Source: Spirochaetaceae bacterium 4572_59 (GTDB lineage Bacteria > Spirochaetota > Spirochaetia > DSM-2461). From it: a stretch of 64,000 nt of DNA. Location: NCBI GenBank assembly GCA_002084805.1, contig NBMC01000005.1:29520-93519 (forward strand), in the 5' to 3' direction. Below, piece by piece: positions 47,957 through 56,670 of the stretch (positions are counted from its first letter, which is position 1; every line of letters begins with the position of its first letter). Under the pieces are notes generated by a model. The model saw only the letters and a program-made list of their open reading frames with translations, was not told the DNA's origin and did no database searches. A program made the position numbers and the translations under genes.

Positions 47957-48606
47957 TACACTTCTCCTTCTGTCAGCATGGTGTAGATTTCTTCAGGATT
48001 TTTTGCAATAAGCAGTTTTTCCATAAATGATTCCTCTTTCAGCAGAGTGCTGATGGAAGAGAGGAGCTTCAGATATTCTGAATGCTGATTATAGGCGGCT
48101 GCCACCATAAAAACTATTTTTACAGGATTGTTGTCCAGAGACTGATAGTCAACAATCTCATTTTTATTAACTGCTACTGATACGGCGATATCGGAAACAG
48201 AGTAGATTCTGACATGTGGAATACCGATTCCCAAACCGATACCTGTACTCATAAGTTCTTCTCTTTTCCAGATAGCAGCTTCAAGTTCATCCCGGTCTTT
48301 TACCTGTGGAGCCATCGCCAGGCTATCCATCAGAGCCGTAAAGAGGTCCCTTTTGGTTGAAAAATCTGTATAAAGCACACGCTCAGGAGCCAGGACATGC
48401 TTAAGATCCTTAAGTCCTCCTGCAACATCTGTTTTCTTTGTAAGTTTATCATTGATCCATTGATCGATTTCTCTCTGCTTGAATCTCCAGACATTACCCA
48501 GTTTCCCGGCAGGGATTTCACCTTTCTGCGCCCAGTCCAGAACTGTCCGCTCGGAAACTTTTATATATTTTGCAACTTCTTCAATAGTCATTACATTCAC
48601 ACTCAT
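47956..48606 (-). CDS. excisionase/MerR-type HTH fused to PTS EIIA type-2 (Ntr/fructose-like) domain
   Basis: Start trimmed to the ATG at 48604-48606 (GAGGTG upstream). HTH is MTIEEVAKYIKVSERTVLDWAQKGEIPAGKLGNVWRF. The EIIA-2 domain has His loop STGIGLGIGIPHVRI. The stop overlaps the antiporter ATG (TAATG). Confidence 0.82.
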   Translation of the reverse strand: MSVNVMTIEEVAKYIKVSERTVLDWAQKGEIPAGKLGNVWRFKQREIDQWINDKLTKKTDVAGGLKDLKHVLAPERVLYTDFSTKRDLFTALMDSLAMAPQVKDRDELEAAIWKREELMSTGIGLGIGIPHVRIYSVSDIAVSVAVNKNEIVDYQSLDNNPVKIVFMVAAAYNQHSEYLKLLSSISTLLKEESFMEKLLIAKNPEEIYTMLTEGEV

Positions 48607-48774
48607 AATTGCCACCTCATTTGTCCTTCTCTTTATAGGGATATTCCTAATGATGTTAAATGTCAATATATGATTTCAAATGTTTTAAAATGTTTCTCAA
48701 TAATACCATTTATCTAAAATATCCATCCTCATATAAATTTTCAAAAACTGCCCCCACCGGAGATGTTCCGAACC

Positions 48775-48804
48775 AAAAAATACCCCGGTACAGCTCCGGG
48801 GTAT
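48775..48804 (-). terminator. rho-independent terminator after the 924-aa gene
   Basis: Minus strand reads ATACCCCGG-agctgta-CCGGGGTAT followed by T6. It lies 17 nt after the stop codon. Confidence 0.72.
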
Positions 48805-48820
48805 TTATCCATTAATATAT

Positions 48821-51595
48821 CTAGAGACCTATATCCATTAGCAGAAATGAGACTTGAGGTTCATTCTCCTCTATCAGCCAGGAAAAGCGCAGCCCCAAAC
48901 TCAAGGGCAGAACTTTCATATTCATGGCTGTAAAATCCAGATTAAGTTCGGCACCGACAGACTGATAGTTGCTCTGATCCGACCAGTCTTCATACAGAGC
49001 TGTATAATCATAAAACAGATTGCCTCTTAAGCGCTTCAGAAAGAAAAACGATCCAAGAGCCGCATCCGGATAGACAATGGGAAAGGCATAATCCGCCTTA
49101 AACTGATAAAGGTTTTCCTTTTCTTCCTCATCATAGCCTCTGGAAAAGAGAGTTCTGCTGGAATAATACCCCCTCTGATTCTCATATGTCCCTTTAAGAG
49201 ACAGGCTATTGTTCAATCCCCCCGGCAGATAGAATGTTGAAACTCCTGAAAAGAAATGATCACTATCCTGCATGGGATTATGTTCATAATAGAATGACTG
49301 GCTGATTCCGAATATGGGATTAAGACTCCTGTAGCTTCCGGGCAGATAGGAAGACCAGTCAAAACCATAGTAAACAGGTATATCCGTGTCAGGATCTCCC
49401 GAGTTTTCAGCATCAATAATGGCATCCACCCCGACACCGGCAGAGGGACTCACAGTATTGACCCAAATATCTCTGCTTAAATTAAAAGGAAAGGCCACAG
49501 AAAAAGTAGAGGAGAGATCATGACTGTCTTTGCTTTCCACTTCCCGGTACCAGTATTCATTAGACATGGATATAACAGGATAAAACTGTGACCATATAAA
49601 ATCGAGATTTGCTCCCCGAGCATCTTCATTTACATTATAGGAAGCTCCCAGGGTCCAGTTCAGAGTATTCATTATATCCGTGGATTGCAGTTCGAGAGAC
49701 AGGGTTTCACTGTCTTCTACCCCTACAAACGACCAGGAATGAACATTAAGGTTCCCCTTTAACAGTGAGTAATCGTCAATATCCTCTGTTGAATACGTTT
49801 TCGCCTCATTTGAAATCCTCTCAAGATTCCATAAAGAAGAACCCTTTGTTACATTGTTTTCACCATAATAAACAAATGAAAGAGTGGTAATATCCTCCTC
49901 GGGAATCCAGTCCGTTACGGAGAGGGATTGCACCACAAGATTGCTGCTGTTTCCCTGGGCGAATTCACTGTAAAGAAGGACTTCCTCCCCTTTGTAGCTA
50001 CCCACAAGGGGTTTGGCAACACCCTGCAAACGGGAGGAGATCTGGAATTTCTCTGCAGTAGAGATCCTGATGGCCATAATATTTTCAAAACCCGAATAAT
50101 CCGAGCTATAGAGGATATAATCCCCCCAGGGATGAATATTCTTAATTTTCTCCATTGAAAAATCCGTCAGCATGGTAACAGATCCTGTATCCAGAGAGAT
50201 CCCGGCAATCCCGCGCCCCTTTTTTCCCTGTACGGTAAAATAGATTGTCTTATCGTCTTCAGACCAGGCAGGATTAGCAGGAAAGAGTCCCTCATCAATG
50301 GAAAACTCTTTAAACTCTTCTCCTGTTGTATCATCAATCAGCAGAAGGGAGCCTTTCCGCTCAGAACTCCACTGTATGACGGCGATGGTATCTCCCTTAT
50401 GGCTATAGGCAGGCATAAGATAGCGTTTTTTCTCTGTCAGATAGGTTTTCTTACCTGTTTCCAGATCTATGGTTACCAGATCGGACCAGTTCAGATCCTG
50501 ATAGAGAAGGGATGGCCGGATATAGGTCCAAACCGCTTTATCCCCCTGAATACTGATTGTTCCCCTCCCGGGAATACGCATCAGCTCCTGCTCACCCTCT
50601 TCCGAAATTTTAACCAGAACAGGCGGCTCTGACAGAGAAATACGTCTTGCATAGATACTGTTATCAGAAAGGGAGAGAGGCTCCCATCTCACGGTATTAT
50701 CTTTTACTGTTTCCGTAATCCTTTCGTTATCAATCAGATCAACACTCCGGTTCTGTTCATCCCACTGTGTCTTTAAATCTTCTGCCATATCTTCATACAG
50801 ACGGGACCATGATTTACCACTCAGCTTTTTTGACCCGAGATACATTCCGAAGGAAGGAAAGGGAATCAGTGTCGCTCTTTTCAGAATCTGTTCAAAACTT
50901 TCCTCTCCATAGGTCTTTTTTACATAGGAGGTCAGAAAGTAGCCCAATTCATAATGATTAGGGACAAGGTCTCGATATGATTGATTAACCATTTTCTGAT
51001 AACTGTAGTCCTGATTCGATACAACATCTCGCATCCCCTGATAAAACAGGGGGTCCCGGCCTCTACCGGACTGCGAGTAGAGAGTTTCCGTTGCAACCGC
51101 ATCCCCTTCAAAAAACCAGTCGGGAATACCGAGGGTTATTCCAAGACTGAGACCGTTCTGTCCCATAAGAAGATACAGCAGATGAATAAAACGGCTGTTC
51201 AGGCGGTCATACTGAACCATATGCCGTGTTTCGTGCAAACTGAGAAGATCATACCACTCCAGAGCGGTACTGGACTCTACAATAGGAGTGCTGTACCAGG
51301 CACTTTTTCTGGGAGGCATGGCAACATAGCCGTTGGCAACCATGTTGGAACTTGTCATTACAATAGGCCATCTGGATTGCCTGAAATCCCCGTAATCCAT
51401 AGATTCCGCTTGGTAGATCAGATCGATTTTTCCTGCCACTGTCAGAGCCTGCTCTGAAATCTCGTCAGGAAAAATTATTTGAAAATGTTTAGTTTCGATT
51501 GTTTTCCATTCTATACCGGGGGCATATTGGGCTGCGAGAGATGCAGTAATTGCAATGAATACGATAAATAATGATTTTTGTTTTCTGGAAAACAT
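48821..51595 (-). CDS. secreted multidomain protein: HEXXH metallopeptidase-like N-domain, TolB/PD40-like beta-propeller, beta-barrel-like C-terminus
   Basis: 924 aa with a signal peptide (LFIVFIAITASLAAQ) and HETRH within LSLHETRHMVQYD. Propeller-type repeats follow (DKTIYFTVQGKKGRGIAG, GDTIAVIQWSSERKGSLLL). The aromatic-rich C-terminal third ends in SFLLMDIGL. Confidence 0.65.
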   Translation of the reverse strand: MFSRKQKSLFIVFIAITASLAAQYAPGIEWKTIETKHFQIIFPDEISEQALTVAGKIDLIYQAESMDYGDFRQSRWPIVMTSSNMVANGYVAMPPRKSAWYSTPIVESSTALEWYDLLSLHETRHMVQYDRLNSRFIHLLYLLMGQNGLSLGITLGIPDWFFEGDAVATETLYSQSGRGRDPLFYQGMRDVVSNQDYSYQKMVNQSYRDLVPNHYELGYFLTSYVKKTYGEESFEQILKRATLIPFPSFGMYLGSKKLSGKSWSRLYEDMAEDLKTQWDEQNRSVDLIDNERITETVKDNTVRWEPLSLSDNSIYARRISLSEPPVLVKISEEGEQELMRIPGRGTISIQGDKAVWTYIRPSLLYQDLNWSDLVTIDLETGKKTYLTEKKRYLMPAYSHKGDTIAVIQWSSERKGSLLLIDDTTGEEFKEFSIDEGLFPANPAWSEDDKTIYFTVQGKKGRGIAGISLDTGSVTMLTDFSMEKIKNIHPWGDYILYSSDYSGFENIMAIRISTAEKFQISSRLQGVAKPLVGSYKGEEVLLYSEFAQGNSSNLVVQSLSVTDWIPEEDITTLSFVYYGENNVTKGSSLWNLERISNEAKTYSTEDIDDYSLLKGNLNVHSWSFVGVEDSETLSLELQSTDIMNTLNWTLGASYNVNEDARGANLDFIWSQFYPVISMSNEYWYREVESKDSHDLSSTFSVAFPFNLSRDIWVNTVSPSAGVGVDAIIDAENSGDPDTDIPVYYGFDWSSYLPGSYRSLNPIFGISQSFYYEHNPMQDSDHFFSGVSTFYLPGGLNNSLSLKGTYENQRGYYSSRTLFSRGYDEEEKENLYQFKADYAFPIVYPDAALGSFFFLKRLRGNLFYDYTALYEDWSDQSNYQSVGAELNLDFTAMNMKVLPLSLGLRFSWLIEENEPQVSFLLMDIGL

Positions 51596-51668
51596 ATTTC
51601 CCCCGTTTGAATAAACCTTTACTGTCCCGGTACGGATCTATTCCCATTTTATATTTTCCATTACACTC

Positions 51669-53597
51669 ATGTCCATGGATGAATTACACAATGCTTTGAA
51701 ACAACATTTCGGCTTTCAGAAGTTTCGCAAAGGACAGCAGGATGTGATCCAGCGGATAGTATCCGGTCACTCAGCTGCCGCCATATTCCCCACCGGAGCT
51801 GGAAAATCTCTCTGCTATCAGCTACCGGCTCTGATGCAGCCCCATCTGACACTTGTGGTATCACCCCTGCTCTCACTGATGAAGGACCAGCTGGATTTCC
51901 TCCACAGTCATAACATCCCCGCGGCCAGGATCGACTCCTCTCTTTCCGGTGATCAATACAATCAAGTCATAAGAGAAGCTCTTTCGGGAGAACTGAAAAT
52001 CCTGATGATCTCAGTTGAACGATTTAAGAATGAAAGATTCAGAAATCAGCTTCACAGAATGCAGCTTTCTCTACTGGTGGTTGATGAAGCCCACTGTATA
52101 TCCGAATGGGGCCATAACTTCCGTCCCGAATATCTCCGCCTCCCCGACTACCGCAGGGAATTCAATATAGAAAAAGTACTGCTCTTAACCGCAACCGCCA
52201 CGGAAAAAGTATCTGCGGACATGTGTTCTAAATTTCAGATAGAGAAAGAAAATATTATCAGCACCGGATTCTACCGGGCCAACCTTTATTTGAGGATCTC
52301 GCCTCTGCAGGAACATCAGAAAAAGCAGAAACTCCTCTCAGACCTTTCCGCCGCCGCCGGAGAACCAACCATTGTCTATGTGACCCTGCAGAAAAGAGCA
52401 GAGGGTGTGGCCAGCTACCTGTCGGAGAATGGCTTAAAAGCTTCCGCCTATCATGGGGGAATGAAACATGAAGAAAGGGTCCGCATACAGAACCTTTTTA
52501 TGGCCGGATCCATTCCCTGTGTGGTGGCCACCATCGCCTTTGGTATGGGCATCGATAAAGGGGATATCCGGCGGGTTATTCACTACGATCTGCCCAAATC
52601 CATTGAAAACTACAGCCAGGAGATCGGCCGTGCCGGACGGGATGGAAATCCCTCGCTCTGTGAGGTATACGGCTGCAAGAGTAATCTCCCCACACTGGAG
52701 AACTTTGTTTACGGCGACACACCCGACAGAGAAGCCCTCTCCACTCTGCTGAAAGAGATTAAAACGGCAGGTAGACAATGGGAGTTTAAATCCCTGGGAC
52801 TCAGCAAGGAAACAAATATCCGTCCCCTCCCACTGAAAACCCTGCTGGTCTACCTCTCTATCAGAAAGATTATCAGTCCCAAATACAGCTACTTTGAAGA
52901 GTACAGTTTTAAATACCAGAATCAAGCGCAAACAATCATCGACCGCTTTGAGGGTGAAAGACGGGATTTTGTCAGCCTGATTCTGCAAAACTGTCATTCA
53001 AAGAAAGTATGGACCAGTGTCGATATGGAAGCCCTCACCGGACAGTACGGGGCCGACAGGAAAAGAGTCCTCACGGCTCTTGATTACTTTGACACACAGA
53101 ACTGGATCGAACTGACCACCAGCCAGGCTGTTGAGGTCTATGATGTTATTGATGAGTACTTTGATCCGGAGGAACTGGGAGATGAACTATTCAAGCTGTT
53201 TAAGGAGAAGGAAGAGGCGGAGATTAAAAGAATACACAATATGATCCGCTTTTTCGAGGGTGATTCCTGCTACAGCCGGAGACTGGCCGCCTACTTTGGA
53301 GAGCTTATAGAAGAGGAGAATTGTGGCCACTGCAGTTATTGTTCTGGAGAGACTGTTACTCTGAGCGCTAAAGAAGAGAGACGGGATCTGGAAGAACTGG
53401 ATAAAAGAGAACTGACAGGGGAAGCCGCTCAGCTTTTAAAAGAGAGGGCCGATGCCAACAGTCTGGCCAGATTTCTCTGCGGACTGACCTCCCCTCTCTT
53501 TACCCGCCTGAAGGTTCGAAAACTTGCTTCTTTCGGAGTTCTTGAGGACTATCCTTTCAAGCAGGTCCGGGAATGGCTTGAAATCGGCTTCTCATAA
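51669..53597 (+). CDS. RecQ-family ATP-dependent DNA helicase (long form)
   Basis: 642 aa with FRKGQQDVI, PTGAGKSLCYQLPA, DEAH box VVDEAHCISEWGHNFRPEY and ATIAFGMGIDK. The C-terminal extension carries a CGHCSYC cluster. Confidence 0.9.
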   Translation: MSMDELHNALKQHFGFQKFRKGQQDVIQRIVSGHSAAAIFPTGAGKSLCYQLPALMQPHLTLVVSPLLSLMKDQLDFLHSHNIPAARIDSSLSGDQYNQVIREALSGELKILMISVERFKNERFRNQLHRMQLSLLVVDEAHCISEWGHNFRPEYLRLPDYRREFNIEKVLLLTATATEKVSADMCSKFQIEKENIISTGFYRANLYLRISPLQEHQKKQKLLSDLSAAAGEPTIVYVTLQKRAEGVASYLSENGLKASAYHGGMKHEERVRIQNLFMAGSIPCVVATIAFGMGIDKGDIRRVIHYDLPKSIENYSQEIGRAGRDGNPSLCEVYGCKSNLPTLENFVYGDTPDREALSTLLKEIKTAGRQWEFKSLGLSKETNIRPLPLKTLLVYLSIRKIISPKYSYFEEYSFKYQNQAQTIIDRFEGERRDFVSLILQNCHSKKVWTSVDMEALTGQYGADRKRVLTALDYFDTQNWIELTTSQAVEVYDVIDEYFDPEELGDELFKLFKEKEEAEIKRIHNMIRFFEGDSCYSRRLAAYFGELIEEENCGHCSYCSGETVTLSAKEERRDLEELDKRELTGEAAQLLKERADANSLARFLCGLTSPLFTRLKVRKLASFGVLEDYPFKQVREWLEIGFS

Positions 53598-53624
53598 GGC
53601 ATCAATTGGTATAGCATATAGCTT

Positions 53625-53849
53625 ATGAGAATATGCTACCTTTCAAAGAAAATTGTAATCTTCTTTTCAGGTCTTTTTATCATGTCTCTGGGCATAGCCA
53701 TATCCGTTAAAGCAAATCTTGGACTGGCCCCCATCTCCTGTATTCCCTATATATACGATGGCTTGACAGGGATACTGTTGAAAAAAATAAAGTTATGGCA
53801 ACAGAGCCTCAATAATACAGAATGGAGAATACATTGGAATCATACCTGA
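53625..53849 (+). pseudogene. N-terminal fragment of a YczE/DUF6198-like membrane protein
   Basis: The first ~43 residues (KKIVIFFSGLFIMSLGIAISVKANLGLAPISCIPYI) fit that family. The sequence then diverges and the ORF overlaps the start of the next gene. Confidence 0.4.
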
Positions 53850-54697
53850 GCCCCGCCGAGATTTCTGAAAGTCTGGTTTCCCTGGGAATAAAAAAAACAA
53901 AACACCCCATAGGAAAACTTATATTACTGGGAGTGCTGGCAGGAGCCTATATCGGGTTTGCCGGTCATCTGGCAACAAGCATCTCCACAGGCTGGCACAT
54001 CGGCGGAGAAGATGTTTTCCTGGGGATAAAGAAGTTCATGTCCGGAAGCGTTTTTGCCATCGGCCTCATGCTGGTTCTGATTGTGGGTGCTGAGCTTTTT
54101 ACGGGAAACTGCCTTATGCCTGTTGCCCTGTATGAGAAAAAAATTACCTTGAAAGATATGCTTAAAAACTGGGGTATTGTCTGGATAAGCAACTTTGCCG
54201 GCGCATTGATCCTGGCCGGGATGATAGCCGGTCTCAGCGGTTTACTGGACGGAGAACTTGGTGAGACGGCTGTAAAAATTGCCGCGGCTAAGAGCGGACT
54301 AACGGCTGTTCAAATGTTTGTCAGAGGAATACTGGCCAACTGGATAGTCTGCATCGCCGTATTGATGTGTATAGCGGCCAAGGATATTACAGGAAAAATT
54401 CTGGGGATCTTTTTTCCGATTATGGGATTTGTCATGGCGGGTTTTGAACACAGCATTGCCAATATGTATCTTATCCCTGTAGGCTTAATTGTTAAGTCGG
54501 CCCATTTAGGAGCGGACGCCTACCCGGCTTTGAATCTGATAAACTGTTTTAAGAGCATTATGATTGTTACGGCCGGGAATATTGTGGGTGGTGCCGTTTT
54601 CGTGGCTACAGCCTATCATTATCTCTACGTGAAAAAAGGTTCCGCATCCCGTTCCCCCATGGGATTTACAGCTGATAGAACGAAAAGAACAGTTTAA
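53822..54697 (+). CDS. formate/nitrite transporter family protein
   Basis: 291 aa with six TM segments and FNT-like motifs (GAELFTGN, ANWIVCIAV, GFEHSIANMY). Confidence 0.9.
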   Translation: MENTLESYLSPAEISESLVSLGIKKTKHPIGKLILLGVLAGAYIGFAGHLATSISTGWHIGGEDVFLGIKKFMSGSVFAIGLMLVLIVGAELFTGNCLMPVALYEKKITLKDMLKNWGIVWISNFAGALILAGMIAGLSGLLDGELGETAVKIAAAKSGLTAVQMFVRGILANWIVCIAVLMCIAAKDITGKILGIFFPIMGFVMAGFEHSIANMYLIPVGLIVKSAHLGADAYPALNLINCFKSIMIVTAGNIVGGAVFVATAYHYLYVKKGSASRSPMGFTADRTKRTV

Positions 54698-54711
54698 GGA
54701 CCTGATACATC

Positions 54712-55896
54712 ATGAAAAAACTGACTAAAATTATAATACCTTCTTATGTACGGGGATTTAAATGCATCGGTGGAGAGTGCGAAGACAGCTGCTGCACCGG
54801 ATGGGATATAGACATTGATAAAATAACTTACCGAAAATATTTCCGGACAAAAAATGCGGATATGAGGAAAGAATTTGTAAAGCATGTCTATAAAAATGAG
54901 AATTGTGACTGTGAAGAGGTCGATTATGGAAAGGTACGCATCAATGAATCAAAAAGGTGTCCCTTTTTAGATGAGAACAGACTCTGCAGGATATACAGCA
55001 ATTTAGGTGAGGACTACCTGTCAAATGTCTGTTATTCCTATCCCCGGGTTTACAATGTTCTCGATGGTGTTTATGAGCTTTCTTTGTTTATGTCCTGCCC
55101 GGAAGCAATAAGAAGATTAGTGGCTAGCAGGGAAGCAATACGGTTCGTTGAAGAAGAAATGGCTCTAGAAAAACACATAATCAATAGTTATATAGAAAGC
55201 AAAGACAAAAGATGGAAGAAATCAGCCATTCGCCGTCTTAAGGAACTGCGTAGCCTCTCTATTGAAATGATTCAGAACAGAGCTAGCTCCCTGCAAGCGA
55301 GATTATTAAAACTTGGTTATAAACTGGAAAAAATAAGTCTATCAGAATCAAAAAATAAGAGCCGCGATAATGATCCCATAAAGGTACGCAGCAATTCTAT
55401 ATTTCAAACAGGATTCTTCAAGGATGCCATTGAGTCTTTACAGGTTTTCAGTGAAATAGACAGCCCTTTTTTTGTTGAATATACCAAAAAAGTCATAAGT
55501 GGATTCAGACTGATGGAAGATTGCCCCTTAGAAGAGAAGAGTCAGCTCTATGAAGAGGCTATCAAGAATATTTTTGAACCTTTTATGAGGGAGAATGACT
55601 ATCTTTTTGAACACTATCTGGTTAATTCCATGTTCCAGGGCAACTTTCCCTTTACAGAGAATCAGGATATGTTTGATGGATATCTAATGCTGGTTGTGCG
55701 CTATGCATTTATACGATTTTATCTGGCGGGGATAGCTGCTGTTGAAGGAAAGATCACGACAGAAGATGTTGTCATGATGATTCAAACCCATACAAAAACA
55801 GTGGATCACCATAAAACATTTATCTATGATTTACTACAGGATCTTAAACAGAAACAGTTTGATAATATGGAGTTTATATCTATCCTTTTAGGATAA
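54712..55896 (+). CDS. FliB-family (flagellin lysine-N-methylase-like) Cys-rich protein
   Basis: 394 aa. The N-terminus FKCIGGECEDSCCTGWDIDIDKITYRKY...RCPFLDENRLCRIYSNLGEDYLSNVCYSYPR...SCPEA parallels Salmonella FliB (FSCSGSACSDHCCKGWKITLDK...CPYLDEDRLCRVQ...CSSFPR...ACPEV). Confidence 0.7.
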   Translation: MKKLTKIIIPSYVRGFKCIGGECEDSCCTGWDIDIDKITYRKYFRTKNADMRKEFVKHVYKNENCDCEEVDYGKVRINESKRCPFLDENRLCRIYSNLGEDYLSNVCYSYPRVYNVLDGVYELSLFMSCPEAIRRLVASREAIRFVEEEMALEKHIINSYIESKDKRWKKSAIRRLKELRSLSIEMIQNRASSLQARLLKLGYKLEKISLSESKNKSRDNDPIKVRSNSIFQTGFFKDAIESLQVFSEIDSPFFVEYTKKVISGFRLMEDCPLEEKSQLYEEAIKNIFEPFMRENDYLFEHYLVNSMFQGNFPFTENQDMFDGYLMLVVRYAFIRFYLAGIAAVEGKITTEDVVMMIQTHTKTVDHHKTFIYDLLQDLKQKQFDNMEFISILLG

Positions 55897-56001
55897 GGGA
55901 AAAGAATAAACATAAATTCATTAAGCTACCTGGCTAGCAGCCAGATATTTATTTTTGCAATCTTATTCAGAAGAGCTCATATACGATAGTATTAATATCT
56001 G

Positions 56002-56670
56002 ATGCTTCTGAAGGATAGCCGCTTGATGAATAACTGTTTTAAAATACTCCTCAAATTCCTTACATCCCTTAAGTTGACCATAATTATCCTGTCTCTGATT
56101 ATCGTTTTAACCATACCGGCAACAATAATAATGCAGAATCAGCTACCTCAGTTTTATCTGACAAACTATTCGGTCCGGATATCCTGCATTTAGGTCTGCT
56201 TATAATGATCATTGCTGCCATGGTCAGTTTTTCTTTACGAGAAGAGGGATTTGTCTATATGAGAGAGGGAGACAGGATGAAACTTCCCAGCGGACGTTAT
56301 CTGAATCTGGAAGAGTTTATCTTTGAACACTACCCCGATGGCCGTCCCAAAAGCTGGATCTCAAAAGTGAATATATCTGATTCTCTTGATAAGGATGAAG
56401 AGAAATACCTGATATCCGTTAATAATCCTCTCAGAATCGATAAACTTGTTTTTTACCAGACTGGATACCGCCCCGCCAACAGCCCGGGAGAAACAGAAAC
56501 AGTATGATCAACTGACATATAAGGCAATTGTTGTGGGATATCCTATGTTTACAATAGGAGCCCTGATCTTCGGAGCCATCTTGGCAGAGACCGCCTGGAG
56601 TTCTTTCTGGTCATGGGATCCAAAAGAAACCTGTGCCCTTATTCCCTGGCTCTTCTACTTGGCTTTTTAG
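56002..56670 (+). pseudogene. remnant of cytochrome c biogenesis ccsB(resB)/ccsA
   Basis: Three short ORFs lie in different frames. They give a ResB-like N-terminal TM (LKFLTSLKLTIIILSLIIVLTIPATII), a ResB core (GPDILHLGLLIMIIAAMVSF...PKSWISKVNI...ISVNNPLRIDKLVFYQTGY) and a CcsA fragment (YPMFTIGALIFGAILAETAWSSFWSWDPKETCALIPWLFY). The last is cut off by the convergent helicase gene. Confidence 0.65.

Noticed and set aside
42600-48700. Mobile element responsible for the rearranged 42.6-48.7 kb region
   Set aside because: I found no transposase, integrase, terminal inverted repeats flanking the region, or tRNA attachment site. The deletion junctions show short direct repeats instead.
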